This document shows positions 46,834 through 55,878 of a stretch of 64,000 bases of DNA, one piece after another; position 1 is the first letter of the stretch; each line of letters opens with the position of its first letter. The stretch is from Dehalococcoidia bacterium (GTDB lineage Bacteria; Chloroflexota; Dehalococcoidia; Bin125), in contig OZ251457.1 of assembly GCA_965242565.1 (NCBI GenBank), positions 172,046 to 236,045 of the forward strand, written 5' to 3'. The position numbers and the translations under genes were made by a program. The notes below the pieces were generated by a model. That model made no database searches. It was not told the origin of the DNA and was given only the letters and a program-made list of their open reading frames with translations.

Positions 46834-47025
46834 CTACTCCTCCACTGAAATCGCCGCGCGCGGACATGTCCGCACCGCCCGCATCACCCGTTCCCGCTCC
46901 GCTTCCGGAATCTCATCCACCAACAGGTGCGACAGGTCGTCGTCGCGCACCTCAAAGACCGCCGGCGCGGCCTCCATGCACTTCGCGTGACCCTCGCAGA
47001 GCGTCGTGTCGATCTTCGCCTTCAT
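46834..47025 (-). CDS. Small single-cluster ferredoxin (P450-type redox partner)
   Basis: 63 aa with CEGHAKC...CP cysteine spacing. Confidence 0.75.
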   Translation of the reverse strand: MKAKIDTTLCEGHAKCMEAAPAVFEVRDDDLSHLLVDEIPEAERERVMRAVRTCPRAAISVEE

Positions 47026-47055
47026 CGCGCGCCTCCTCGCCCTTCGCTGCGCAGT

Positions 47056-48078
47056 CTACTCCGCGCGGAGCCGCGGAATCACCTCCCGCGCAAAACGCTC
47101 CATCGACTCCCGCGCCAACTCGCGCGGCGCGCCCGGCGGCGCGCCCATCGAAATCACGTGCTGCGCCGGAATCCACTCCAGCGTCCGCGCAATCGACTCC
47201 GCCACCTGCTCGGCCGAACCCGCCACGAATCGCTCCCGCAGATCCTCATCCGTCTGCCCGATCATCCGCCCCAGCGGATCGTCCGGCCCCAAATCCGCCG
47301 CCTCGCTGTACCACTTGCCGTAGGTGTCGCGCAGATATTGCTGGTGCGGACGCAGCTGTTCCCACAGTCCCTCCGGATCGTCGGTCACGAAGCCGCCCGC
47401 CGAGAGCAGCACCTCAAAATCGGCGGGATCGTCTCCCTGCGCCGCCAGCTGCTCCGCCCACGCCTCATAGACTGGACGGTCCGCCACGATCATCAGGTTC
47501 GCGCGGAAGCGCGCCGCCCGCCGCGCCGCCGGCACGCTCCGCGCCCCCACCCAGAGCGGAAACGGACGCTGCACCGGCGGCGGCGTCACCGTCACGTTCT
47601 TCACCTGGTAGTGCTCGCCGTCGAGCGAGACTGTCTCCCCATTCAGCGTCCGCGTCAGAATTTCCAGCGACTCATCCATGATCGCCCCGCGCTTGCGCCG
47701 GTCCACCCCGAACCCCTCGAACTCCTCGATCCGGTAGCCCAGCCCCACCCCCAGATCGAGGCGCCCATTGCTGAGAATGTCCACCGTCGCCGCGTCCTCC
47801 GCCACCCGCACCGCGTTGTGCAGCGGCAGCAGCAGCACCCACGTCCCGATCCGCACCCGCGAGGTCAGCCGCGCCACGGCAGCCGCAATCGGCAGCACCG
47901 ACGGCGTGTAGCCGTCCTCGATGAAGTGATGCTCCGTGATCCACACGTGGTCGTAGCCCAGCCGCTCCGCCAGCTGCACCTCGTCGAGCATCTCGTCGTA
48001 GAACTGCGCCCACGGACGCCGCCACCGCGGCGGATTGCGAAAGTCGTAGATCAGGCCGAACCGGGGAGATTGGGGCAT
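47056..48078 (-). CDS. LLM-class (luciferase-like) flavin/F420-dependent oxidoreductase
   Basis: GYDHVWITEHHF and GVGLGY motifs. Trimmed to ATG 48078. Confidence 0.8.
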   Translation of the reverse strand: MPQSPRFGLIYDFRNPPRWRRPWAQFYDEMLDEVQLAERLGYDHVWITEHHFIEDGYTPSVLPIAAAVARLTSRVRIGTWVLLLPLHNAVRVAEDAATVDILSNGRLDLGVGLGYRIEEFEGFGVDRRKRGAIMDESLEILTRTLNGETVSLDGEHYQVKNVTVTPPPVQRPFPLWVGARSVPAARRAARFRANLMIVADRPVYEAWAEQLAAQGDDPADFEVLLSAGGFVTDDPEGLWEQLRPHQQYLRDTYGKWYSEAADLGPDDPLGRMIGQTDEDLRERFVAGSAEQVAESIARTLEWIPAQHVISMGAPPGAPRELARESMERFAREVIPRLRAE

Positions 48079-48185
48079 GTCGCGTCCCTGTCGCATACTT
48101 GTCGCTCCGCAAGCCCGATGGTAACGCCGGATGCGCTGCGCCTTGCTACGCTTAGTGTCAGTCAGACACCAAGAGCGGAGAACCG

Positions 48186-49295
48186 ATGGAACTACGCGAG
48201 CGCGCACGCGGCATGATGGTCGGCCTCGCCGTCGGCAACCTGCTCGGCATCCCCTTCGAGGGCAGTCGCTGGGATGCGGACCGCATTCGCGACGAGTTCG
48301 GCGATCAGGGCATCCGCGAGATCGAAGCCCAGCCCGGCTATCCGGACGACGACGACCTCGCCCAGGCGATCGTGCTGGCCGAGGCCTGCGCAGAGAACGA
48401 GTCGCTGGACCTCGATGACTTCGTCCACCGCCTCTGGACCTGGGGCGAGCTCAACGGCGCCGGGATGGGCCCGCACACGAAGCGGGCGCTCACCCGCTAC
48501 GGCGGCGATCGACCGCGCCGCGCCCTACGCAACTACGTGCGGCACGGCGAGCCGCCTCCGCCGAATCTGCCGCGGAAGCCGCACGGAATGCATGCGCGGG
48601 ATGCCTCACGCGACGCCTGGCGGGAGAGCCGCGCACGCCACGGCGACTACAACGCGGGCAACGGCGCAGTGATGCGCTGCGCGCCCGTCGCGCTGCGCTG
48701 GGTACTCGACGATGCGGCGATCGTGCGCAACAGCATCGTCAGCGCCGCAGCGACGCACTGGGATCCGCGCTGTACCTGGTCGGCGGCGCTGGTCAATCTC
48801 GCCGCGGCGTCCTGCCTGCGCGGCGAGACGGTCGACGCCGAACACCTGATCCTGCGCGCCCAGGGCGCGATCCAGCAGTGCGCCGACGAATTTGAGCCGT
48901 ACGATGTCGACGCCGAGCCGCCCGCGGAGGTCGCCCAGGCCGTCCGCGATGCGCTCGCCGACGGCGTCGCGATCGGCGATCTGGACATTGACCATCCCGC
49001 GAGTGGATACGTGATCAAGATCCTCAAAGCGGCGCTTTGGGCCGCGCGGCATCCCGCACACTTCGAGGACGGCCTGAGCGCCGTTGTCAGCGCGGGCGGC
49101 GACACCGATACGAACGGCGCGGCGGCGGGCGCCGTGCTCGGTGCGCGCTTCGGGCTGGACGAGATTCCTGAGCGCTGGCGCGCTGCGGTCAACGAGATCC
49201 GGGACTACACCGCGCCGATCGCCGCCTGGCAGCCGCGCCAGCCGCTGGAGCGCTATGCGGATCGACTGCTCGCATCATCGCGGGCGATGGACTGA
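48186..49295 (+). CDS. ADP-ribosylglycohydrolase family protein (369 aa)
   Basis: GLAVGNLLGIPFEG, YPDDDDLAQAI and AGGDTDTNGAAAGAVLGARFG motifs. Confidence 0.85.
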   Translation: MELRERARGMMVGLAVGNLLGIPFEGSRWDADRIRDEFGDQGIREIEAQPGYPDDDDLAQAIVLAEACAENESLDLDDFVHRLWTWGELNGAGMGPHTKRALTRYGGDRPRRALRNYVRHGEPPPPNLPRKPHGMHARDASRDAWRESRARHGDYNAGNGAVMRCAPVALRWVLDDAAIVRNSIVSAAATHWDPRCTWSAALVNLAAASCLRGETVDAEHLILRAQGAIQQCADEFEPYDVDAEPPAEVAQAVRDALADGVAIGDLDIDHPASGYVIKILKAALWAARHPAHFEDGLSAVVSAGGDTDTNGAAAGAVLGARFGLDEIPERWRAAVNEIRDYTAPIAAWQPRQPLERYADRLLASSRAMD

Positions 49296-49337
49296 CCCAC
49301 CCGCGGTCCGACGGACCCGGACGCAAAGGAGGCTGAA

Positions 49338-50327
49338 ATGGACCTGATCGAGCGCGCACGCGGCATGATGGTCGGCATCGCCGTCGGCAACCTGCTCGGC
49401 CTGCCCTTCGAGTTCGGCTGGTCCGTCGCCCAACTGCGCGAGACCTATCCCGACGGGGTCCGCGAAATCGAGGTTCGACCCGGCGCGCCCGACGACGACG
49501 ATCTGGCGCAGGCGATCATCCTCGCCGAGGCTTGCGCGGAGTTCGACGCGCTCGACGCGGAGGATCTCAAGCGCCGCCTCCAACATTGGGCGCGGACCAA
49601 CGGCGCGGGAATGGGGAACCTGACCGGTGAGGTGATCTGGCGGTACGAACACGCGGGAGCGTTCGAGGCGGCGCGCGGCGCATGGGAAGACTCCGGACGC
49701 GAAGCCGCCGGCAACGGCTCAGTCATGCGCTGCGGTCCTGTCGCGCTGCGCTGGCTGGGCGACGACCACACCCTCGCCCGCAACAGCGTCGTTTCGGCGG
49801 CCGTCACTCACTGGGACCCGCGCTGCGTTTGGTCCACCCTGCTGACCGACTTCGCAATCGCCGCCTGCCTGCGCGGCGAAACGGTGGAAGCGGAGCCGCT
49901 GCTGGCGCGGGCGACGGCCGCGCTGGCCGCCTGCGGCGATGCGCTCGCGGCATTCGAGCTGCCCGCGCAGCCGCCCGCGCCGGTGCTCGACGCAGTGGCC
50001 ACGGCGCTAGCGCCCGACGCTCAAGTCGCCGACCTGCAGCTCGATTCCGGCGGCGTCGGCTACGCGCCCAAAACCCTCGCCGCGACCCTCTGGGCCGCGC
50101 ATCACGCAGCGGACGTAGAAGAAGGCCTCAGCGCCATCGTCAGCGCCGGCGGCGACACCGATACCAACGCCGCCCCCGCCGGCGCCGCCCTCGGCGCGCG
50201 CTTCGGCCTCGCCGCCATCCCAAACCGCTGGCGCAACGCAGTAGCCCAAATTCGCCAGGACCGCACTCCTCTTGAGCGCTACGCCGACCAAGTCCTCGCA
50301 CGGAGGGGCGCCGCCTCTCTCTGCTAG
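49338..50327 (+). CDS. ADP-ribosylglycohydrolase family protein (329 aa)
   Basis: GIAVGNLLGLPFEF, APDDDDLAQAI and AGGDTDTNAAPAGAALGARFG motifs. Confidence 0.85.
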   Translation: MDLIERARGMMVGIAVGNLLGLPFEFGWSVAQLRETYPDGVREIEVRPGAPDDDDLAQAIILAEACAEFDALDAEDLKRRLQHWARTNGAGMGNLTGEVIWRYEHAGAFEAARGAWEDSGREAAGNGSVMRCGPVALRWLGDDHTLARNSVVSAAVTHWDPRCVWSTLLTDFAIAACLRGETVEAEPLLARATAALAACGDALAAFELPAQPPAPVLDAVATALAPDAQVADLQLDSGGVGYAPKTLAATLWAAHHAADVEEGLSAIVSAGGDTDTNAAPAGAALGARFGLAAIPNRWRNAVAQIRQDRTPLERYADQVLARRGAASLC

Positions 50328-50337
50328 CGTCGCACCA

Positions 50338-53115
50338 ATGCCCACCACCCACGACCAAGAGGAGTTGCTGAACGGCAAGCTCGCTGAACTGCTCCGCGAG
50401 CAGGGGCTCGACGCCCGCGCCGAACGCCGCGAAGGCGGCAAACGCATGGATGTCGTGGTCGATGTGGAGGGAGCCCGCGTCGTGCTCGAAGCCGAAACCG
50501 GCGTCAGCACTGCCAAGCGCAACGAAGCCGTCGGCGACGCAGACCGACGCCTCAGGCAGGGCCTGACCACCGTCGTCTTCGCCGTCTGCTACCCCGACGG
50601 CGCAACGACGGACTCGCTGGCGGAAGCGAAGCTGATCTGGGCCGTCCGCACCCGCATCGATCTCAGCAGCCGCGCCGCGGCCCGCTGGTCCGAACCCGGC
50701 GGCGTGCCCGAACTCGCCGAAGCCGTTCGCCAGGCCGGCGCCGCCGTAGGCGACGCCGACGGCGCGGCCCAAATCCTCTCCGAGGCGCTGGACGCCGCCG
50801 TCCAACGCCTCTCGACGCCGGTGCGGCGGACGATCGCACAAGCGCTCGATCTACCACAGGAGAAAACCAGAGACCGCCGCCTGCTCGAGCTGCATCAGCG
50901 CGAAACCGACGGTTACTTCATCGCGACAAAACGTGGCATGCTGGTCGTCGCTACGGCCATGCTCTTTCACCACCGATTGCAGGAGCACCTCCCGCTCGAA
51001 CCACCGCCCGACTACCGCGGCGGATGGCCGCCCGCGAACCCAACCCAGTGCGCAGCCGCGCCGGAAACGACTATCGGCGCGTTCCTCGAGTCCTGGCGCG
51101 CCATCATCAAGGTCGACTACCGCCCGGTATTCGATGTCGCCTGCGTCGTCCTCGAAACACTGTCGATCTCGCCTGATGTCGCGCAGGCGCTATTCGCGCT
51201 CGCGGGCGATGTCGCCAAAATCGCCGGCCTCATCCACGGACTGCGCCACGACCTGCTCGGGCGCATCTTCCACCGTGTGCTCGATACCGCGCGTTACGAC
51301 GGCTCCTTCTACACTTCAACGGCCGCAGCCGTGTTGTTGGCTGCGCTGGCACTGCGCGAGGAAGATCGCAACTGGTCCGATCCCGACGCTGTCGGGCGGC
51401 TGCGCATCTGCGACCCCGCCTGCGGCACCGGCACCCTGCTGATGGCCGCCGCCGAGCGCATCCGCGACCTCCGCCAGCGCGCCGGCCCCATCGCCCAGGA
51501 GGAGGAACGGCTGCTCTCTCTGGCGCTGGTTGAAAACGTGCTCTGGGGTTACGACATCAACCTCACCGCCACGCATATGGCCGCCGCAACGCTGGGCATG
51601 CTCTCGCCCAGTACGCAATTCAATAACATCAACGTTCACCGCACCCTGCTCGGCGTCCACGACGGCGTCGCATACGTCGGATCACCCGAACTGCTCCAGG
51701 GTCAGCTGCGGCTCCGCCCCTGGCCGTCGATCAGTCGACAAATCGACGAGCAGCCTGATGACAACGGCGTGAACGGCGCGAAAGCGCCGCCTCCGATGGA
51801 CTTCGTGGTCATGAACCCGCCGTTCACCCGCGACAGTCTGCGCCACGACCAGTTCTCCAAGAACGAAGAAGCAGCGATCAAGCGCCAGGAAAAGGACCTG
51901 CTCAAAGATCAGCCGCACCGCGGCGCCGCGCGACTGCACTCCTCCGGTGGAATGTTCACCGTCCTCAGCGAAAAGATGCTGAAACCAGATGACGGCGTGA
52001 TCGCGTTGGTGCTGCCGGCCGTCGTCCCGACCGCGCCCGGCAATCGGGCGCTGCGTGAATACCTCGCCGCTCGGCTGCACATTGAGACGATCGTCAGCTC
52101 GCATGATCCCGACCGCATTCTGATGTCGGAGAACACGAAGATCAGCGAAGTGCTCCTGATCGGCAGGCGCTGGCCCGCCGACGAGCCGAAGCCGCCGACC
52201 CGCTTCGTCAACCTGATCGAAAACCCGTCCACTTCGGTCGCCGCAGTCAGCACCGCCGCGCAGATCGAGCGCGGCCGCGGCCGCTTCGTCGTCCAGCAGG
52301 TTGACGTCGATCGCATCGCCGACGGCGATTGGTACGCAGTCAACTTCCTCTCGCCGTTCCTGTTCAGGGAGGCGCAGTCGCTCTGGGACGACGCTGCGCA
52401 GACCGAATCACGGTTCGCGTCAATGTCGACGATCGCCGATGTTGCGCCGGAAGGCCGGCGCATCCGCGACGCATACACGCGCTCAGACGTGCCGACCGTA
52501 ACGGACCGCCGCGCTCTGTGGTTTCACAAGTCCGACGTGACGCAATCGATGCAGGCTCACACCGATACGTTCATCGACGCGAAAGAGGAGAAGCAGCACC
52601 TCGCGGATCGCTACTGGGACATGCGCAGCAAGTTCCTGCTGGGCGCGCGCCTACGTCTCAATACCGCGCGCGTCGCAGCCGCCATCGTCGAACAACCGGC
52701 TGTCGGATCGCTCTGGGTTCCCTGCCGCCCGCACGACGGCTTCGGCGAAACGTCTCGCGCCCTCTGCGCCTATCTTAATTCCACGGTCGGCCTGCTGTCG
52801 CTGCTCAGCCGGCGCGCCCACAACGTACTCTCCCGCCCCGCGTTCTCGCTCGACACCCTGCGCTCGATCCCCGTGCCCAACTTCCCCGCGCTCGGCGACG
52901 ACGTCCGCGACGCACTCGCCGACGCCTACGAAACGCTCAAAAACGAAACACTGCTCCCCTTCCCCCAAATGAACGACGACCCGATCCGCAAACAACTCGA
53001 CGACGCCGTAACCAACGCCCTCAACCTCGACCCCGAGTGGGTCGCCCAAATCCGCCGCGCCCTCTCCGAAGAACCCTCCATCACCAACAAGCGCTACGCC
53101 GGCCCAACTCCCTGA
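50338..53115 (+). CDS. 925-aa fusion: N-terminal PD-(D/E)xK-like domain + gamma-class N6-adenine DNA methyltransferase + specificity-like region (paralogue of 25354..28089)
   Basis: FYTSTAAA, ICDPACGTGTLLMAAAE and DFVVMNPPF motifs. Trimmed to ATG 50338, 10 nt after the ARH stop. Confidence 0.8.
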   Translation: MPTTHDQEELLNGKLAELLREQGLDARAERREGGKRMDVVVDVEGARVVLEAETGVSTAKRNEAVGDADRRLRQGLTTVVFAVCYPDGATTDSLAEAKLIWAVRTRIDLSSRAAARWSEPGGVPELAEAVRQAGAAVGDADGAAQILSEALDAAVQRLSTPVRRTIAQALDLPQEKTRDRRLLELHQRETDGYFIATKRGMLVVATAMLFHHRLQEHLPLEPPPDYRGGWPPANPTQCAAAPETTIGAFLESWRAIIKVDYRPVFDVACVVLETLSISPDVAQALFALAGDVAKIAGLIHGLRHDLLGRIFHRVLDTARYDGSFYTSTAAAVLLAALALREEDRNWSDPDAVGRLRICDPACGTGTLLMAAAERIRDLRQRAGPIAQEEERLLSLALVENVLWGYDINLTATHMAAATLGMLSPSTQFNNINVHRTLLGVHDGVAYVGSPELLQGQLRLRPWPSISRQIDEQPDDNGVNGAKAPPPMDFVVMNPPFTRDSLRHDQFSKNEEAAIKRQEKDLLKDQPHRGAARLHSSGGMFTVLSEKMLKPDDGVIALVLPAVVPTAPGNRALREYLAARLHIETIVSSHDPDRILMSENTKISEVLLIGRRWPADEPKPPTRFVNLIENPSTSVAAVSTAAQIERGRGRFVVQQVDVDRIADGDWYAVNFLSPFLFREAQSLWDDAAQTESRFASMSTIADVAPEGRRIRDAYTRSDVPTVTDRRALWFHKSDVTQSMQAHTDTFIDAKEEKQHLADRYWDMRSKFLLGARLRLNTARVAAAIVEQPAVGSLWVPCRPHDGFGETSRALCAYLNSTVGLLSLLSRRAHNVLSRPAFSLDTLRSIPVPNFPALGDDVRDALADAYETLKNETLLPFPQMNDDPIRKQLDDAVTNALNLDPEWVAQIRRALSEEPSITNKRYAGPTP

Positions 53116-53165
53116 CGCGCTCCCGCTCCACGCGCTACACTGGCGTCGGAAGGCGAGGCGCCCCA

Positions 53166-53590
53166 ATGGCCATCAGCAGACAACGGCTCACCGCGCCGCT
53201 CGTGCGCGGCAACTGCCGGAAGAGCATGCGACGGAGTTCAGCAACGGGCTCGTCGAAGAGGTCGAGCGGGAACTCGAGCCGCTGGCGACCAAGGTGGAAG
53301 TGAATGAGGCGATCGCCCAGGCGACCGAGCCGCTGGCGCGGGCCATCACCGAGATGGCGCAGGCGATCAACGATCTCCGCAACGAGTTCCGCCTGGAGAT
53401 GCGCGACCTCCGCAGCGACATGAACGAGGAGCTCAGCAAGCTCCGCAGCGACACGAATGAGGAGATCGGCAAGCTCCGTGTCGAAGCCGCAGAGCGGGAG
53501 GCGCGCATGGCGCGGATGGTGCTCACGATGACGGGCATCAACATCGCCGCAATTGCCACCGCCGTCGGCATCGTCCTCGGCTTCAACTGA
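53166..53590 (+). pseudogene. DUF1640-like coiled-coil TM-anchored gene (paralogue 5) with a 1-nt frameshift
   Basis: MAISRQRLTAPLVRGN, then a frame change at 53213/53214 (GGC AAC TGC CGG versus GGC AAC GTG CC in paralogues 2 and 4). The rest reads in ORF 53294..53590. Confidence 0.7.
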
Positions 53591-53668
53591 GCGCCGCCCG
53601 CCCTACACCGACATCGAAAGGCGAGAGCGGCGCTGATGTTCACCAGCAGACAACGTCTCACCGTCCGC

Positions 53669-54592
53669 CTAACGCCACAATTCCACCCGACCGCCCAGCG
53701 GCACATCCAGCAACTCCGTGCGCGGGGCGACGTGGTTTAACTCGTTGACCACCGGCGCCAGCGCGTCCGCCGAGGTCATATCCCGTGTCATCGGCGGCAT
53801 CCAGTCGTCGTGATGCCCCAGCACCACCCGCCGCGCCCGCAGCATGTCGCTCATCCGCCCCACGAATTGCGCCAGCGAACCCTGAATCGGCTCGCCGTCG
53901 ATATTCGGACGCCCCGCCATCGCCACGATGCCCAGATCGGGCCGCAAATTCTGCACCACGCCCGTCCAGCAACCCGACGTGTCGTGGTAGAAAATCGAGC
54001 CGTACGGCGTATCGATCAGGTACGCCAGCGCCCCGCCCGTGTCGTTGCTGCCCAGACACGACGCCACGTGATCCAGCATCTGCGCGCGCTGCGCCGGATC
54101 CTGCTCCACCCCGCGCTCGCCCAGCGAACCGCCCACATCCAGCGCCCCGCGACCGCCCCAACGCTCCTCCTCCGTCAGTCCGTACTGCCCCAACACCACC
54201 TTGCCCGGCTCCCACGAACCCTGCGTCCAGATGCAGGAGTGCAGGCTGGGAAACACCTCCACCGTGATCCCCTCCGCGATCCGGTGCCGCTCCCCGCCCT
54301 GCGAGCGCAGCAGCCGCGACTCCTCCACCCCCGCCTCCAACAGCACCCGCGCCGACTCATTCGAGCCAATCACCACCGCCTCAGTATTCGCCGCGATCAC
54401 CTCCGCTCCCGCGATGTGGTCGAAATGCGAGTGCCCCACCAGTACCGCGTCCGCCCGCGTCACATCCGCCGCCGAAAGCCCCACATCGGGCGCAGACGAC
54501 ACCCGGTCAATGTAGGCGTCGAGAAAGATCACCGTCTCGTCGATCGCCAGCCGAAACGTCGCGCAGCCGAGCCAGTCGAGTGTGATGGGCAT
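53669..54592 (-). CDS. MBL-fold metallo-hydrolase
   Basis: VGHSHFDH motif. Trimmed to ATG 54592. Confidence 0.8.
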   Translation of the reverse strand: MPITLDWLGCATFRLAIDETVIFLDAYIDRVSSAPDVGLSAADVTRADAVLVGHSHFDHIAGAEVIAANTEAVVIGSNESARVLLEAGVEESRLLRSQGGERHRIAEGITVEVFPSLHSCIWTQGSWEPGKVVLGQYGLTEEERWGGRGALDVGGSLGERGVEQDPAQRAQMLDHVASCLGSNDTGGALAYLIDTPYGSIFYHDTSGCWTGVVQNLRPDLGIVAMAGRPNIDGEPIQGSLAQFVGRMSDMLRARRVVLGHHDDWMPPMTRDMTSADALAPVVNELNHVAPRTELLDVPLGGRVELWR

Positions 54593-54609
54593 GAGTCGTC
54601 TCCAGCGGG

Positions 54610-55878
54610 TTACGAGCGTCGGATCCGCAGCCAGGTGCGCTTGCCGACTTTGAGCACATCGCCGTCGCGCAGCTCGACGGGCTGCTCGGCGGCGCGCGCG
54701 CCGTTGAGTTCGACGGCGCCCTGGCGGATCAGGCGTTTGGCTTCGGCGCGGCTGGCGGCCGCGCCGGCGTCGGCCAGCACGACGGCGAGCGGCGCGGTCA
54801 GCGTCTCCGCGCCGCCGAAGTCGAGCTCCAGCGGCGGCATCTCCGCCGGCGCTTCGCCGCGCGAGTGGACGCGCGTCCACTCGCGCTCGGCGGCGGCGGT
54901 CTCGGATTCGCCGTGCCACTCGGCGACGATCGCCCGGGCCAAGCGGCGTTTGGCGTCCATCGCCGGCAGCGCGCCGCCCTGTACATCGGCGATCACCTGA
55001 TCCGCCTCAGCCGGCTCGACGTTCGTGCCGTGGACCAGAAACTCTGCGACGGCCGCGTCGGGGATCGACATCGCCTTGGCGTACTGCGCGTCGGGCGGCT
55101 CGTCGATCCCGATGTAGTTGCCGGTGCTTTTGGACATGCGCTGTTTGCCGTCGGTGCCGATCAGGATCGGGGTGAGCACGGCGATTTGGGGGGGGTGTCC
55201 GGCGCGTTCCTGGAGGGTGCGTCCGCAGCCGATGTTGAAGGTTTGGTCGGTGCCGCCGAGTTGGACGTCGGCGTCGAGGGCGACGGCGTCGTAGCCCTGC
55301 ATGAGGCCGTACATGAATTCGTGGACGTAGACGGGGTCGCCGGCGTCGAGGCGTCGTGCGAAGGTGTCGCGCTCGGCGAATTGGCTGACGGTGAAGTTGG
55401 CGGCGAGGCGGATGACGTCGGCGAAGTTCATGCCGGCGAGCCATTCGCTGTTGCGTCGGATTTCGGTGCGCTCGGGGTCGAGCAGTTTGTAGGCCTGTTC
55501 GCGGTAGGTGCGGGCGTTGCGTTCGAGCGTTTCGGGCGATTGCATGGGTCGGGCGCTGGATTTGTCGGAGGGGTCGCCGACGAGGCCGGTGAAGTCGCCG
55601 ATCAGGAGGATGGCCTGGTGCCCGAGTTGTTGGAAGAGTTGGAGTTTGCGGAGGGTGACGCAGTGTCCGATGTGGAGGTCGGGGGAGGTGGGGTCGACGC
55701 CGAGGTAGACGCGGAGGGGGTCGCCAATGCTGATCGAGTTGATCAGGCGCTGGCGGAGTTCGTCGGCCATGACGCGGCGGGTTTGCTCGTCGCCGTAGGC
55801 GGTGCCGCGCATGATCAGGCGATGTTGTCGGTCGGCTTCGGCGGCGACGGCGGGGTCGATGGGTTGACGCTCGGTCAT
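54610..55878 (-). CDS. tyrS: Tyrosine--tRNA ligase
   Basis: HIGH and KMSKS motifs, and a C-terminal S4-like domain. Confidence 0.92.
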   Translation of the reverse strand: MTERQPIDPAVAAEADRQHRLIMRGTAYGDEQTRRVMADELRQRLINSISIGDPLRVYLGVDPTSPDLHIGHCVTLRKLQLFQQLGHQAILLIGDFTGLVGDPSDKSSARPMQSPETLERNARTYREQAYKLLDPERTEIRRNSEWLAGMNFADVIRLAANFTVSQFAERDTFARRLDAGDPVYVHEFMYGLMQGYDAVALDADVQLGGTDQTFNIGCGRTLQERAGHPPQIAVLTPILIGTDGKQRMSKSTGNYIGIDEPPDAQYAKAMSIPDAAVAEFLVHGTNVEPAEADQVIADVQGGALPAMDAKRRLARAIVAEWHGESETAAAEREWTRVHSRGEAPAEMPPLELDFGGAETLTAPLAVVLADAGAAASRAEAKRLIRQGAVELNGARAAEQPVELRDGDVLKVGKRTWLRIRRS

